From assembly GCF_022846255.1 (NCBI RefSeq), contig NZ_AP025682.1: a stretch of 64,000 nucleotides of DNA. One strand, written 5' to 3'. Every line of letters begins with the position of its first letter. The first letter of the stretch is position 1. The translations under genes and the position numbers were made by a program. Positions 1-12,650 of this stretch are shown here, one piece after another. This stretch comes from Escherichia coli. Lineage in GTDB: Bacteria > Pseudomonadota > Gammaproteobacteria > Enterobacterales > Enterobacteriaceae. The notes under the pieces are model-generated. The model did no database searches. It was given only the letters and a program-made list of their open reading frames with translations, and had not been told where the DNA came from.

Positions 1-644
1 ATTTTATGGTGCTGCTGGAGCCAGAGATTATCCTCAATGCGCCGCAAGAATATCTGCTGGCGGGGATCGGTGACACGCTGGCGAAATGGTATGAAGCGGT
101 GGTGCTGGCTCCGCAACCAGAAACGTTGCCACTAACCGTGCGGCTGGGAATCAATAATGCGCAGGCCATTCGCGACGTCTTGTTAAACAGTAGCGAACAG
201 GCGCTTGCCGATCAGCAAAATCAGCAATTAACGCAATCATTTTGCGATGTGGTGGATGCCATTATTGCTGGTGGTGGAATGGTCGGTGGTCTGGGCGATC
301 GTTTTACGCGTGTGGCGGCGGCTCATGCCGTGCATAACGGTCTGACCGTGCTGCCGCAAACCGAGAAGTTTCTCCACGGCACCAAAGTCGCCTACGGCAT
401 TCTGGTGCAAAGCGCCTTGCTGGGTCAGGATGATGTGCTGGCGCAATTAACTGGAGCGTATCAGCGTTTTCATCTGCCGACTACGCTGGCGGAGCTGGAA
501 GTGGATATCAATAATCAGGCGGAGATCGACAAAGTGATTGCCCACACCTTGCGCCCGGTGGAGTCCATTCATTACCTGCCAGTCACGCTGACACCAGATA
601 CGTTGCGTGCAGCGTTCGAAAAAGTGGAATCGTTTAAAGCCTGA
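1..644 (+). CDS. ybdH: 3' portion of a glycerol dehydrogenase-like iron-containing alcohol dehydrogenase (YbdH/HcxA); the 5' end lies outside the window
   Basis: ORF 6..644 runs in frame from the window edge; the translation resembles the Fe-ADH / glycerol dehydrogenase family; position next to ybdD-cstA matches K-12 synteny. Confidence 0.85.
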   Translation, partial: FMVLLEPEIILNAPQEYLLAGIGDTLAKWYEAVVLAPQPETLPLTVRLGINNAQAIRDVLLNSSEQALADQQNQQLTQSFCDVVDAIIAGGGMVGGLGDRFTRVAAAHAVHNGLTVLPQTEKFLHGTKVAYGILVQSALLGQDDVLAQLTGAYQRFHLPTTLAELEVDINNQAEIDKVIAHTLRPVESIHYLPVTLTPDTLRAAFEKVESFKA

Positions 645-653
645 CGTGCAAAT

Positions 654-851
654 TTAGCAGCAGCGCGCGCCGCCTTTTCCACCGTAGCGCGCGTCCTGCC
701 GCTCACGGAAAAACTCTTCGTAGGTCATCGGCGTTTGATCGGGATGATTAACCCGCATATGTTCGACATAGTTGTCGTAATCAGGCATACCAATCATCAG
801 CTTCGCCGCCTGACCTAAATATTTTCCGGCTTTTGCCAGTGAATCAAACAT
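654..851 (-). CDS. ybdD: Small DUF466 protein YbdD, downstream partner of cstA
   Basis: 65-66 aa [61 protein letters not shown]; lies just downstream of cstA on the same strand. Confidence 0.85.
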   Translation of the reverse strand: MFDSLAKAGKYLGQAAKLMIGMPDYDNYVEHMRVNHPDQTPMTYEEFFRERQDARYGGKGGARCC

Positions 852-882
852 CAATACCTCCGGTAAACAGGTTGCTGAGAGA

Positions 883-985
883 GTGCCGGATGCGGCGTGA
901 GCGCTTTATCCAGCCTACAAATGCTATCAACGCGCTCGGTCAGTCCCCTCGCCCCACCGGGGAGAGGGTTAGGGTGAGGGGGAAC
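883..985. repeat. REP-like palindromic unit (gccggatgcggcgtgagcgctttatccagcctaca) followed by a GC-rich box C-like element (cccctcgccccaccggggagagggttagggtgaggggg)
   Basis: Direct reading: canonical REP motif gccggatgcggcgtga...ttatcc...cctac plus a G/C-rich imperfect palindrome, in the cstA-ybdD intergenic spacer. Confidence 0.6.
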
Positions 986-1032
986 CCTCGGCACTATGCC
1001 AACATTCGCCAACATCCCCCCTCACTCTGACT

Positions 1033-3138
1033 TTAGTGTGCGCCTTTTGCCTGCGCCACGATCTCCTCGACATTTTCCGGCATTGGCTCATACGGCGTTT
1101 CTTTCGCCGTTGGCTTCGGATCTTTCAATGCCGCCAGTGCCGTCTTAATCGAGAACAGCGCCAGAACCACCACGACCACCATAAAGAAGATGGTTAACCC
1201 GGCATCCAGACGGTTGTTGAACACCAGTTGCGCCAGCTGTGACTCAGTATACTGCGACGGAATATTGCCGCTGTCGATCATTGCCTGGAACTTATTAGCA
1301 ATGGCCAGGAAGCCGACTTTCGCATCCGGGCTAAACGCTTTCTGCCAGCCTGCAGTCAGGGTACAAATCAGCAGCCAGGCCGTTGGTACCAGCGCCACCC
1401 AGGCGTAACGTTGACGTTTCATTTTGAACAGCACCACGGCACAGAGCATCAGCGCCATCCCTGCCAGCATCTGGTTGGCAATACCAAACAGCGGCCACAA
1501 GGTATTAATACCGCCCAGCGGATCGACCACGCCCTGATGCAGGAAGTAGCCCCACGCCAGCACACACAGCGCCGTTGCCAGCAGGTTCGCTGGCAGTGAA
1601 TCGGTCCGCTTCAGGCCAGGAGAAACCACGCCCAGCAGATCCTGCAACATAAAGCGTGCAGCACGCGTACCTGCATCCACCGCTGTCAGAATAAACAGTG
1701 CTTCAAACAGAATAGCGAAGTGATACCAGAACGCCACATCCATCATGCCGCCCAGCGCGCCGTGCAGAATGTAGGCCATCCCCACCGCCAGCGTCGGCGC
1801 ACCGCCCGCACGGGAAATGATCGACTGTTCACCCACTTCGCTGGCAATCTGGTTGAGCGTATCTGGTGTAATGCTAAAGCCCCAGCTACTCACCACCTGC
1901 GCGGCAGAAGCGACCACATCCGCCGTCCCTGCCGGAGCCAGCACCGCCATTGGGCTGTTCATGGCAAAATACACGCCCGGATCGATGATACAGGCAGAAA
2001 CCAGCGCCATAATCGCCACGAAGGATTCCATCAACATCCCACCGTAGCCGATAAAGCACGCCTGCCCTTCGTTCGCCAGCATCTTCGGCGTGGTGCCGGA
2101 AGAGATCAGCGCATGGAAGCCAGACACCGCACCACAGGCGATGGTGATAAACAGGAACGGGAACAGGTTACCGGTCCATACCGGTCCAGTGCCATCGACA
2201 AATTTGGTCAGCGCAGGCATGGTCAGCGTCGGGCGCATAATCAAAATGCCTACCGCCAGACCGACGATAGTCCCGATTTTCAGGAAGGTAGAGAGGTAGT
2301 CACGCGGGGCCAGCAGCAACCACACCGGCAGCACCGCCGCCACAAAACCGTAGCCCACCAGCATCCAGGTCAGCTGCACGCCGGTAAAGTCAAAGTACGG
2401 TGCCCAGGTCGGACTTTCTGCCACCCAGCCGCCAGAAATAATGGCGAAAATCAGGAATACCAGACCGATGACCGACACTTCACCAATACGCCCCGGACGC
2501 AGATAACGCAGGTAGATCCCCATGAACAGCGCCAGCGGAATGGTGAAAGCAACGGTATACGTTCCCCACGGGCTATGAGTCAGGGCTTTCACCACGATCA
2601 TCGCCAGCACGGCAAGGATAATGACCATGATCATAAAGCAGGCCACCAGCGCAATCACCCCGGCGGTTGGCCCCATCTCTTCTTTGACCAGCTCACCCAG
2701 CGAGCGACCGTCACGACGCGTAGAAACAAACAGCACCATGAAATCCTGCACCGCACCGGCGAGAACCACCCCGGCGAGCAGCCAGATCATCCCCGGCAGG
2801 TAGCCCATTTGCGCCGCCAGCACCGGCCCCACCAGCGGCCCTGCTCCGGCAATGGCCGCAAAATGGTGACCGAACAGCACTTTCTTGTCCGTCGGCACAT
2901 AGTCCAGCCCGTCGTTATGGCGCACCGCTGGCGTCATACGCGTCGGGTCAACCGCCAGCACATTTTTGGCGATATACAGACCATAAAAACGGTAAGCGAT
3001 CAGATAGATACAGACCGACGCCACCACAATCCACAGCGCGTTGATCTGTTCCCCACGATTTAAAGCAATGTATCCCAGAGCAAATGCTCCCATTACAGAG
3101 AGCACTGTCCAGACGAGGTATTTCCCTGATTTGTTCAT
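1033..3138 (-). CDS. cstA: Carbon starvation protein A, peptide/pyruvate transporter
   Basis: 701 aa polytopic membrane protein MNKSGKYLVWTVLSVMGAFALGYIALNRGEQINALWIV...; the length matches CstA. Confidence 0.95.
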   Translation of the reverse strand: MNKSGKYLVWTVLSVMGAFALGYIALNRGEQINALWIVVASVCIYLIAYRFYGLYIAKNVLAVDPTRMTPAVRHNDGLDYVPTDKKVLFGHHFAAIAGAGPLVGPVLAAQMGYLPGMIWLLAGVVLAGAVQDFMVLFVSTRRDGRSLGELVKEEMGPTAGVIALVACFMIMVIILAVLAMIVVKALTHSPWGTYTVAFTIPLALFMGIYLRYLRPGRIGEVSVIGLVFLIFAIISGGWVAESPTWAPYFDFTGVQLTWMLVGYGFVAAVLPVWLLLAPRDYLSTFLKIGTIVGLAVGILIMRPTLTMPALTKFVDGTGPVWTGNLFPFLFITIACGAVSGFHALISSGTTPKMLANEGQACFIGYGGMLMESFVAIMALVSACIIDPGVYFAMNSPMAVLAPAGTADVVASAAQVVSSWGFSITPDTLNQIASEVGEQSIISRAGGAPTLAVGMAYILHGALGGMMDVAFWYHFAILFEALFILTAVDAGTRAARFMLQDLLGVVSPGLKRTDSLPANLLATALCVLAWGYFLHQGVVDPLGGINTLWPLFGIANQMLAGMALMLCAVVLFKMKRQRYAWVALVPTAWLLICTLTAGWQKAFSPDAKVGFLAIANKFQAMIDSGNIPSQYTESQLAQLVFNNRLDAGLTIFFMVVVVVLALFSIKTALAALKDPKPTAKETPYEPMPENVEEIVAQAKGAH

Positions 3139-3318
3139 AGTTGTTATCCGTGTGCGTGTCCATAGAGATGTTACATTTTGTTTCTATAACATCTTTGTAC
3201 GATTTAACAACACGGCAACCATGTAAATCGGAGTTGAAACCAATATTTAACTTAACAATGTTAACTCGATCACTCCGTTAACCGAGTTTTCCTGCAATCT
3301 CATATAATTCTGTCGGGT

Positions 3319-4480
<1,162 letters not shown>

Positions 4481-4481
<1 letters not shown>

Positions 4482-5338
4482 TATTTCACCTCGCGGGAGA
4501 GTAGCTTCCACCAGGCGTCGATGGTCGGGTTTTTCGCCAGCATGACAAAGTCGATATCGCCATGCACTTTGCGCCAGCGCGCCGCCAGCGCCATCATGCG
4601 CACCGAATCCAGACCGTAGTCGATCAGGTTGTCGTCATCGAAGGGTTCATCGGACTCGTCCAGCAACGGCAGGATCACCTCACGCAGCGCCGCTTTGCTG
4701 GCGGGGATAGGTGCTGGCAGCAATTCTTCGGTCATCACCACCCGACCAGAACGTCCGGCCACATATTTCAGCGACATCAAATGCTCGTCACGGCTGAAAT
4801 CGGCCAGCGCATCCGCCACCATAAACGGTTTAATATCGCGCATAAACGCGTCCGTTGCGGTGGTCATACAGCCAATGTGGGCATATACCCCGGTAATAAT
4901 CAGCTGGTTACGTCCACTCTCTTTGAGCATTTGCTCCAGCGGGGAACGATGAAACGCGCTATAGCGCCACTTCACCAGCACCGTGTCGTCGGCATCTGGC
5001 GTCAGGCGATCCACCACCTTTTGCTGTTCCGGCGAACGGGTCAGGCCAGGCCCCCACATATCATTCAACAGCGCCCGATCTTCATCGCTCTGCTCTTTCG
5101 GCTGGGCGGTGTAATAAACCGGGATATTGTGCTGTTTGCAGTAGTCGCGTAGTGCCGCAATATTCGCGATCACCTGCTCCATCATCGGGCAGTTCTCACC
5201 CCAGAAGCTGACAAAATAGTCCTGCATATCATGGATTAACAACGCGGCACGTTGCGGTTCAAAGGCCCAGTCGACTTTATTCTGCGGAATATCGTGAGAC
5301 TCCGGCAGTGCGTAAGCCTGTAATTTTGGAATAGCCAT
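4481..5338 (-). CDS. entB: Isochorismatase / aryl carrier protein EntB
   Basis: 285 aa, MAIPKLQAYALPESHDIPQNKVDWAFEPQRAALLIHDMQDYF...; isochorismatase N-domain with C-terminal carrier-protein region. Confidence 0.95.
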
Positions 5339-5351
5339 CGTGTTCTCTCCT

Positions 5352-6962
5352 TCAGGCTGATGTGCGTGACGCCAGCCACTGACGTAATTGTTTTTTATCG
5401 ACTTTCCCGACCGCCGTCAGCGGAAGTGAATCCACACACTCCACGCGATCCGGTAATTTAAATTCGGCAATACCCTGTTCACGCAGGAAACGACGCACCT
5501 GCACCGCGCGCAGCGGCTCTTTTACCACCAGATAAGCACAGCTTTTTTCGCCCATCAGCTCATCTTCCATGCTCACCAGTGCGGCGTAGATCACCGCCGG
5601 ATGGCGCAGCAGCAGGTTTTCGATCTCTTCGGCAGCGATCTTCTCGCCGCCACGGTTGATCTGATCTTTCTCGCGTCCCTGCACAGTGATGTAACCCTCT
5701 GGATCAATAGAGATCAGATCGCCGGAACAGTAAAAACCGTTGGCATCAAAGGCGCTGGCATTGTGCTGCGGGCTTTTGTAATAGCCACGGAAGGTGTACG
5801 GCCCGCGCGTCATCAGGCGTCCAACTTCCCCTTGCGGCAGTGGATTTCCTTCGGCATCGGCAACCCATACTTCATCGTCCGGGCACATTGGGTAACCCTG
5901 GGTATGGATAATTTTCTCCGCACTATCATCAAGACGGGTGTAGTTCACCAGCCCTTCCGCCATGCCAAACACCTGCTGCAACTGACAGCCAATCTCAGCG
6001 GGAATACGCGCCGCAAGCGTGGCAGAAAGACGGGCGCCGCCGACCTGTAACAGTTTCAGCGAGGCAAGCTGCGCCCGGCTTTCGCCTTCAGCCAGTGCCT
6101 GCAACCACAGGCTGACTGCTGGCGGCACCAGCGCGGTGACGTTCACCTGATGTTTTTCAATCAATGGGAAGCAAAGCGTAGCGCTGGGGTCGGCAGCCAG
6201 AACGACAGTGCCGCCAGCGAGAAATACCCCCAACGATCCCGGTGAACTCATGGCGTAGTTATGAGCCGCCGGGATCGCGCACAGGTAGCGCGTCTGTTGT
6301 GTGAACTGACAAATCTCGACGCTACGACGCACGCTGTAGTAGTAGTCGTTATGAGTGCGCGGGATCAGTTTCGGAGTGCCGGTGGTGCCGCCGGAAAGCT
6401 GGAAATAGGCCACTTCATCAGCAGGAGATGGCGTGGCAGTAAAATCCTCAGCCGGATGGTTAATCGCATCCTGCAAGTTATGCTCACCGCTGTCGTTGAG
6501 CAGCTGCACCACGCGAATCGAAGAATGCTCTGCAACAAATGTGTTGAGGAAATCATCCCCGCTAAATAGCGCATGTTGGCGATCGGCAATCAGTAACGCC
6601 GGTTCAATCTGGCTGGCATAGGCGTTCAGTTCACTACGCTGATGGCTGAACAGCGCCAGCACCGGCGCAACGCCCAGTTTCAGCAGCGCGAAAAAGGTAA
6701 TGTAAAGTTCAGCGACGTTACCCAGTTGTACCAGCGCGGTTTCACCAGGTTTAATGCCCTGACGGCGCAAACTACAGGCGAGGTTATCCGCCGCCTGATT
6801 CAGCTCCCGGTAACTCAACTGCCGCTCGCCGTCGATAACCGCGATGCTGTCACTCGTAGCGTGGCGAGTCAGAATGTCGGTCAGTGGCAAATCCTGCCAG
6901 TAGCCTTTTTCCCGATAGCGACGGGCAAACTCTTCCGGCCAGCGGGTGAATGGAATGCTCAT
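5352..6962 (-). CDS. entE: 2,3-dihydroxybenzoate-AMP ligase
   Basis: 536 aa adenylate-forming enzyme, [35 protein letters not shown]...; contains the [12 protein letters not shown]-binding motif. Confidence 0.95.
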   Translation of the reverse strand: MSIPFTRWPEEFARRYREKGYWQDLPLTDILTRHATSDSIAVIDGERQLSYRELNQAADNLACSLRRQGIKPGETALVQLGNVAELYITFFALLKLGVAPVLALFSHQRSELNAYASQIEPALLIADRQHALFSGDDFLNTFVAEHSSIRVVQLLNDSGEHNLQDAINHPAEDFTATPSPADEVAYFQLSGGTTGTPKLIPRTHNDYYYSVRRSVEICQFTQQTRYLCAIPAAHNYAMSSPGSLGVFLAGGTVVLAADPSATLCFPLIEKHQVNVTALVPPAVSLWLQALAEGESRAQLASLKLLQVGGARLSATLAARIPAEIGCQLQQVFGMAEGLVNYTRLDDSAEKIIHTQGYPMCPDDEVWVADAEGNPLPQGEVGRLMTRGPYTFRGYYKSPQHNASAFDANGFYCSGDLISIDPEGYITVQGREKDQINRGGEKIAAEEIENLLLRHPAVIYAALVSMEDELMGEKSCAYLVVKEPLRAVQVRRFLREQGIAEFKLPDRVECVDSLPLTAVGKVDKKQLRQWLASRTSA

Positions 6963-6971
6963 CCTCGCTCC

Positions 6972-8147
6972 TTAATGCAATCCAAAAACGTTCAACATGG
7001 TAGAAAGTTTGACGCCCGTTTCGCGCCACTCACCCAACGGTGAGGACGCAGGCACAATCCCCGCTCCGGCAAACAGACGCACCTGATTTTCCCGCAGCTT
7101 CGCGCAGCGGATGGTCACCACCCATTCACCGTTACCTTCGCTGTCACACCAACCCACAATGCCGCCAAACAGTTCGCGGTCGAACGGCTCCAGTTCAGCA
7201 ATAACCTGAGTCGCGGCCTGATGCGGGAAACCGCTCAGCGCGGGGGTCGGATGCAGCAGACAAGCCAAAGTCAGTGCGTTTTCTTGCGAATTCGCTTTAC
7301 CTTCAAAGGGAGTTGCGAGATGCCACAGCGTCGGCGTGGTAATCAATTGTGGAGAGGAGGGAACGTGTAACTCACTACTGCGTTTGCGCAGTACCTCTTT
7401 CATCGCCTGAGTCACCAGTTCATGTTCATGGCGATCTTTTTCTGACGCCAGCAGACGATTACCCGCTTCGCGATCGAGCACTTCATCCGGCTGACGACGC
7501 GCGGAACCGGCTAACGGAATGGAGCTAAAACGCTCGCCGTCTTTACGTAGCAGCAGTTCCGGGCTGGCCCCCAGCAGAACGCCACCATCAGCCAGCGGGA
7601 CATGGAAGTTGTAACTAACCGGGTTTTGCGCAATCAACCGTTCCAGCAATACGCCACTATCAATGGCGGCGTCAGTGGTGATATCAATCAACCGTGACAA
7701 CACCACTTTGTCGACCTGCGGCGTGGCGGTAAGTGCGGCGGCGCGAGCAACCATCTGTTCAAACGTGGTTTGTTCCGGAATTGCCTGGCGTTCCACCACG
7801 TTCAGCGACTGGCTGCGGGTAAAACGGCGGGCTGAAGATTGTTTTTCCTGGCGGGAGAACGACTGCCAGGACTCGGGAATATACAGCGATGAAGGCTGAC
7901 GTGGATCGAAGGGAATCGCCCCGACCATCACCGGATTTTTGATGCCCTGCGCTTTGGCATCGGCAAACAACGCGGCGAGTTTTTGCTGGAAGGGACTGTC
8001 GGGCGAATCCCCGTTCACAGCCGGTTCATCGAAGCGGGCGAAACATCCTGACGTCGTAAAACTGCGGTACGGCGACATAAAGAAAAAGCGATTGGGCGCA
8101 AGTGTTGCCATGGTCTGCTGTACTTCCTCAGCCAGTGACGTATCCAT
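6972..8147 (-). CDS. entC: Isochorismate synthase
   Basis: [34 protein letters not shown]...; the track ORF begins 4 codons upstream (MEDD); chorismate-utilising enzyme family. Confidence 0.93.
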   Translation of the reverse strand: MDTSLAEEVQQTMATLAPNRFFFMSPYRSFTTSGCFARFDEPAVNGDSPDSPFQQKLAALFADAKAQGIKNPVMVGAIPFDPRQPSSLYIPESWQSFSRQEKQSSARRFTRSQSLNVVERQAIPEQTTFEQMVARAAALTATPQVDKVVLSRLIDITTDAAIDSGVLLERLIAQNPVSYNFHVPLADGGVLLGASPELLLRKDGERFSSIPLAGSARRQPDEVLDREAGNRLLASEKDRHEHELVTQAMKEVLRKRSSELHVPSSPQLITTPTLWHLATPFEGKANSQENALTLACLLHPTPALSGFPHQAATQVIAELEPFDRELFGGIVGWCDSEGNGEWVVTIRCAKLRENQVRLFAGAGIVPASSPLGEWRETGVKLSTMLNVFGLH

Positions 8148-8176
8148 ATCATCCTCCACAAAATGATAAAGGCTTT

Positions 8177-8195
8177 AATAATGATTATCATTTAT
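8177..8195. promoter_or_regulatory. Fur box in the divergent entC / fepB promoter region
   Basis: aataatgattatcatttat closely matches the Fur consensus GATAATGATAATCATTATC; sits between divergent iron-regulated operons. Confidence 0.75.
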
Positions 8196-8335
8196 ATTTT
8201 CGGTCGCTAACCTAAAAGCAAACGCGCACTATGTCAACTCTTGAGGTAACGCAATCTGCAACTCGGGGTTGCATCTGGTTGTGGTTACAATGAAAATGAG
8301 AAGCATTAACTTCATTAATAACAGGAAGCTGATTT

Positions 8336-9292
8336 GTGAGACTCGTCCCGCTCTACCGCAACGCCCTTCTATTAACAGGACTTTTGCTTTCAGGAATAGC
8401 CGTAGTTCAGGCCGCCGACTGGCCGCGTCAGATTACTGACAGCCGGGGCACTCATACCCTGGAAAGCCAGCCGCAGCGTATTGTTTCCACCAGCGTCACC
8501 CTGACTGGCTCACTGCTGGCGATTGATGCTCCGGTGATCGCCAGCGGCGCGACCACGCCGAATAACCGCGTCGCGGATGACCAGGGCTTTTTACGCCAGT
8601 GGAGCAAGGTGGCGAAAGAACGCAAACTGCAACGGCTCTATATCGGCGAACCGAGCGCCGAAGCCGTTGCCGCGCAAATGCCGGATTTGATTTTAATTAG
8701 CGCAACCGGCGGGGATTCGGCGCTGGCGCTGTATGATCAGCTTTCCACCATCGCCCCGACATTAATCATCAATTACGACGACAAAAGCTGGCAGGCGCTG
8801 TTAACGCAACTTGGCGAAATTACCGGGCATGAGAAACAAGCGGCAGAGCGGATTGCACAGTTTGATAAGCAACTGGCGGCGGCGAAAGAGCAAATCAAAT
8901 TACCGCCGCAGCCGGTCACTGCCATTGTCTATACCGCCGCTGCACACAGTGCCAATCTCTGGACGCCGGAATCAGCACAAGGGCAGATGCTGGAACAACT
9001 CGGCTTTACGTTGGCGAAATTGCCCGCAGGGTTAAACGCCAGCCAAAGCCAGGGCAAACGCCATGACATCATTCAGCTTGGTGGAGAAAATCTGGCTGCA
9101 GGGTTAAATGGCGAGTCACTATTCCTGTTCGCCGGTGATCAGAAAGACGCCGATGCTATTTATGCTAATCCGCTGCTCGCGCACCTGCCTGCAGTACAAA
9201 ACAAGCAGGTTTATGCGCTGGGAACCGAGACGTTCCGTCTGGATTACTACAGCGCCATGCAAGTGCTGGATAGACTTAAGGCGCTGTTTTAA
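8336..9292 (+). CDS. fepB: Periplasmic ferric-enterobactin binding protein
   Basis: 318 aa, [58 protein letters not shown]...; signal peptide; siderophore-binding fold. Confidence 0.95.
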   Translation: MRLVPLYRNALLLTGLLLSGIAVVQAADWPRQITDSRGTHTLESQPQRIVSTSVTLTGSLLAIDAPVIASGATTPNNRVADDQGFLRQWSKVAKERKLQRLYIGEPSAEAVAAQMPDLILISATGGDSALALYDQLSTIAPTLIINYDDKSWQALLTQLGEITGHEKQAAERIAQFDKQLAAAKEQIKLPPQPVTAIVYTAAAHSANLWTPESAQGQMLEQLGFTLAKLPAGLNASQSQGKRHDIIQLGGENLAAGLNGESLFLFAGDQKDADAIYANPLLAHLPAVQNKQVYALGTETFRLDYYSAMQVLDRLKALF

Positions 9293-9295
9293 GCA

Positions 9296-10546
9296 TTAAC
9301 TGTCGGACGCTGTCACCTGCGGCGGCGTCTGGCGAAAACGTCGCAACTCCACCAGCACCAGCAACAACAACACGCCGATAATCAACAAACCAAAACCGCT
9401 CGCGCTTGCGGAAGCAACCGGTGTCATCATCGCGCCCAAACCGCCCAGCAGCGCCGCGCCTATGGCATCGCCCGTCACGTTTTGTGCCGTCCACAAACCG
9501 TTAATCCGCCCTAACATCGCTTCCGGGGTTTGCGTTTGCAGCATTGTATATTGCAGCAACGAACTAACCGCGCTCAGCCAGCCGAACAGCGCCAGACAAA
9601 CCACGCCTAAAATCCACATCGGCATCAGGCCAAACAAACCAATGGCGAGGAACGATCCCAGCGTGGAAAGCAGCATCAATAACCCTGGTCGCGCGCTATG
9701 TGCCAGCTTACCGCTGGTTAACGCGCCAATAGCCGCGCCGAGCGGGATCGCCGCATAGAGAAAACCAATCTGTGCCGCCGACATCTGCCAGTTGTCAGCC
9801 AGCGCCGGATACAGGACCCGCACCGCGCTCGCCATCGTCAATAAACCACCCAGCAACGCAATCCCTCCCACCAGCGGGCTGGCGAGTAGAAAACGAAATC
9901 CTGCCAGTAATGATTTCAACGGATGCTCACGCGGCTGCGGCGGTGGTGGCAACGCCGGAAGGCTTAACAACGGTAGCAAGGTAATAAACGTGCCCGCCGC
10001 CGCCAGCCCGTAGTTCCAGGCTACGCCGCCGGTCGCCAGCAGTAAACCGCCAATCATGGGCGAAATCACCGATCCCAGACGCACAGTCAACATGGTGATC
10101 GCCCCGGCCTGCATTAGGTTTTCACGCCCTACCAGTGCAGGTGTCGCCGCCAGTAGCGCCGTAACGCCAAGTGATGCGAAAAAACCATCCCATAAACCAA
10201 GTAAATAGATTGCCAGCAAAGACGGCTCCGGCAGCAGCGCATTCAGGCACAGTCCAATGAAGCCAATGCCACAGGTGCCACGCGCCAGCAAAATCACTTT
10301 TTTACGCTCATAGCGATCCGCCAGCACACCGCCGACCATCAGGCCAACAAACATCGCGCCGCCGGTCAGCGTCACCGAAAGCCCCACCTGCCAGGTAGAA
10401 TGCGTCATCATCTGGATCTGCACCGGCACCGCGACGCCGAGCAAACCCAGAGAAACAATTGAGATAAAACGAGCGAGGAATACTGCGCGAAACGCCGGGT
10501 GCGTTTTCAACAGGCTGAGGTTAAGCAGCCAGGATTGTTTATTCAT
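9296..10546 (-). CDS. entS: Enterobactin exporter (MFS)
   Basis: 416 aa MFS transporter, [34 protein letters not shown]...; divergent from fepD. Confidence 0.93.
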
Positions 10547-10619
10547 TACAATGCCTTGCCATCAAATATTTTAAATACCTATTCTTAGGCTGCACATGCT
10601 AACATATCCAAATAAGATC

Positions 10620-10644
10620 GATAACGATAATTAATTTCATTATC
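10620..10644. promoter_or_regulatory. Fur box in the divergent entS / fepD promoter region
   Basis: gataacgataattaatttcattatc is a Fur-consensus-like AT-rich hexamer array; it abuts the first ATG of the fepD track ORF. Confidence 0.7.
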
Positions 10645-10656
10645 ATGGAAGTTCGT

Positions 10657-11661
10657 ATGTCTGGTTCTGTTGCCGTGACACGCGCCATTGCCGTGCCCGG
10701 ATTGCTGTTATTACTGATTATCGCGACGGCATTAAGCCTACTCATTGGGGCAAAATCACTCCCCGCTTCCGTAGTGCTGGAGGCGCTCTCCGGCACCTGC
10801 CAGAGCGCCGACTGCACCATCGTGCTCGACGCACGACTGCCGCGCACCCTTGCCGGTTTACTGGCAGGCGGTGCGCTTGGCCTTGCCGGGGCGTTAATGC
10901 AAACCCTCACCCGAAACCCGCTTGCCGATCCTGGTTTGCTTGGCGTGAACGCCGGTGCCAGTTTTGCCATTGTGCTGGGCGCGGCGCTGTTTGGTTACTC
11001 TTCCGCGCAGGAACAACTGGCGATGGCCTTCGCCGGGGCGCTGGTGGCCTCGTTGATTGTTGCCTTTACCGGCAGCCAGGGCGGCGGGCAGTTAAGTCCG
11101 GTGCGTTTAACCCTGGCAGGCGTGGCGCTGGCGGCGGTGCTGGAAGGGCTGACCAGCGGCATCGCCCTGCTTAATCCCGACGTCTACGATCAACTGCGTT
11201 TCTGGCAAGCCGGTTCGCTGGATATTCGCAATCTACATACCTTAAAAGTGGTGCTGATCCCGGTGCTTACCGCTGGAGCAACTGCGCTATTACTGAGCCG
11301 CGCGCTGAACAGTTTAAGCCTTGGCAGTGACACCGCGACGGCACTGGGCAGTCGCGTAGCGCGCACACAGTTGATTGGTCTGCTGGCAATTACCGTGCTT
11401 TGTGGTAGTGCGACGGCGGTAGTTGGCCCGATTGCCTTTATTGGCCTGATGATGCCGCACATGGCGCGCTGGCTGGTAGGTGCCGATCATCGCTGGTCGC
11501 TGCCCGTCACGCTACTCGCTACCCCTGCCCTGCTGCTGTTTGCCGATATCATTGGGCGGGTGATTGTTCCCGGCGAACTGCGCGTTTCTGTAGTCAGTGC
11601 CTTTATTGGCGCACCAGTGCTGATCTTCCTCGTACGACGTAAAACGCGAGGTGGCGCATGA
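10657..11661 (+). CDS. fepD: Ferric-enterobactin ABC transporter permease
   Basis: MSGSVAVTRAIAVPGLLLLLIIATALSLLIGAKSLPASVV...; FecCD-family permease; start chosen 4 codons inside the track ORF because the upstream ATG lies within the Fur box; gives 334 aa. Confidence 0.9.
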   Translation: MSGSVAVTRAIAVPGLLLLLIIATALSLLIGAKSLPASVVLEALSGTCQSADCTIVLDARLPRTLAGLLAGGALGLAGALMQTLTRNPLADPGLLGVNAGASFAIVLGAALFGYSSAQEQLAMAFAGALVASLIVAFTGSQGGGQLSPVRLTLAGVALAAVLEGLTSGIALLNPDVYDQLRFWQAGSLDIRNLHTLKVVLIPVLTAGATALLLSRALNSLSLGSDTATALGSRVARTQLIGLLAITVLCGSATAVVGPIAFIGLMMPHMARWLVGADHRWSLPVTLLATPALLLFADIIGRVIVPGELRVSVVSAFIGAPVLIFLVRRKTRGGA

Positions 11662-12650
11662 TTTACGTCTCTCGCCGATTAATTATCACCTGTCTGCTGT
11701 TGCTAATAGCTTGTGTGATGGCAGGCGTGTGGGGATTACGTAGCGGTGCCGTCACGCTGGAAACTTCGCAGGTATTCGCCGCGTTGATGGGCGACACGCC
11801 GCGCAGTATGACGATGGTGGTCACCGAATGGCGTTTACCACGCGTGCTGATGGCGCTGTTGATTGGCGCGGCGCTGGGCGTCAGCGGCGCGATTTTTCAG
11901 TCGCTGATGCGTAACCCGCTCGGCAGCCCTGACGTAATGGGCTTTAACACCGGGGCGTGGAGCGGCGTGCTGGTGGCGATGGTGCTGTTTGGTCAGGACC
12001 TGACGGCTATCGCGCTGGCAGCAATGGTGGGCGGCATTGTCACTTCGCTGTTGGTCTGGCTGCTCGCCTGGCGTAACGGTATCGACACCTTTCGGTTGAT
12101 TATTATCGGTATCGGTGTTCGCGCCATGCTGGTGGCCTTTAATACCTGGCTGTTGCTGAAAGCGTCTTTAGAAACGGCGCTAACAGCGGGTTTGTGGAAT
12201 GCCGGATCGCTCAATGGCCTGACGTGGGCAAAAACCTCGCCTTCCGCACCCATCATTATATTAATGTTAATTGCCGCCGCCTTGCTGGTGCGGCGAATGC
12301 GCTTGCTGGAAATGGGCGATGATACCGCATGTGCGCTGGGCGTCAGCGTCGAACGTTCGCGACTGTTAATGATGCTGGTCGCCGTAGTGCTTACCGCAGC
12401 TGCCACTGCCCTGGCGGGGCCAATTTCCTTTATTGCTTTAGTCGCGCCACACATTGCCCGCCGCATCAGTGGCACCGCTCGCTGGGGGCTGACCCAGGCG
12501 GCGCTGTGCGGGGCGTTGTTACTGCTGGTGGCCGATCTCTGCGCCCAACAACTGTTTATGCCGTATCAACTTCCGGTTGGCGTCGTTACCGTCAGCCTCG
12601 GCGGTATTTACCTTATCGTCTTGTTAATTCAGGAGTCTCGCAAAAAATGA
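11658..12650 (+). CDS. fepG: Ferric-enterobactin ABC transporter permease
   Basis: 330 aa FecCD-family permease, MIYVSRRLIITCLLLLIACVMAGVWGLRSGAVTLETSQ...; start overlaps the fepD stop. Confidence 0.93.
   Translation: MIYVSRRLIITCLLLLIACVMAGVWGLRSGAVTLETSQVFAALMGDTPRSMTMVVTEWRLPRVLMALLIGAALGVSGAIFQSLMRNPLGSPDVMGFNTGAWSGVLVAMVLFGQDLTAIALAAMVGGIVTSLLVWLLAWRNGIDTFRLIIIGIGVRAMLVAFNTWLLLKASLETALTAGLWNAGSLNGLTWAKTSPSAPIIILMLIAAALLVRRMRLLEMGDDTACALGVSVERSRLLMMLVAVVLTAAATALAGPISFIALVAPHIARRISGTARWGLTQAALCGALLLLVADLCAQQLFMPYQLPVGVVTVSLGGIYLIVLLIQESRKK

Noticed and set aside
1720-3063. 447-aa ORF on the + strand antisense to cstA, rich in Arg/His/Gln
   Set aside because: It lies entirely within the strongly supported cstA gene on the opposite strand and has the low-complexity composition typical of antisense frames of coding DNA; no recognisable domain.
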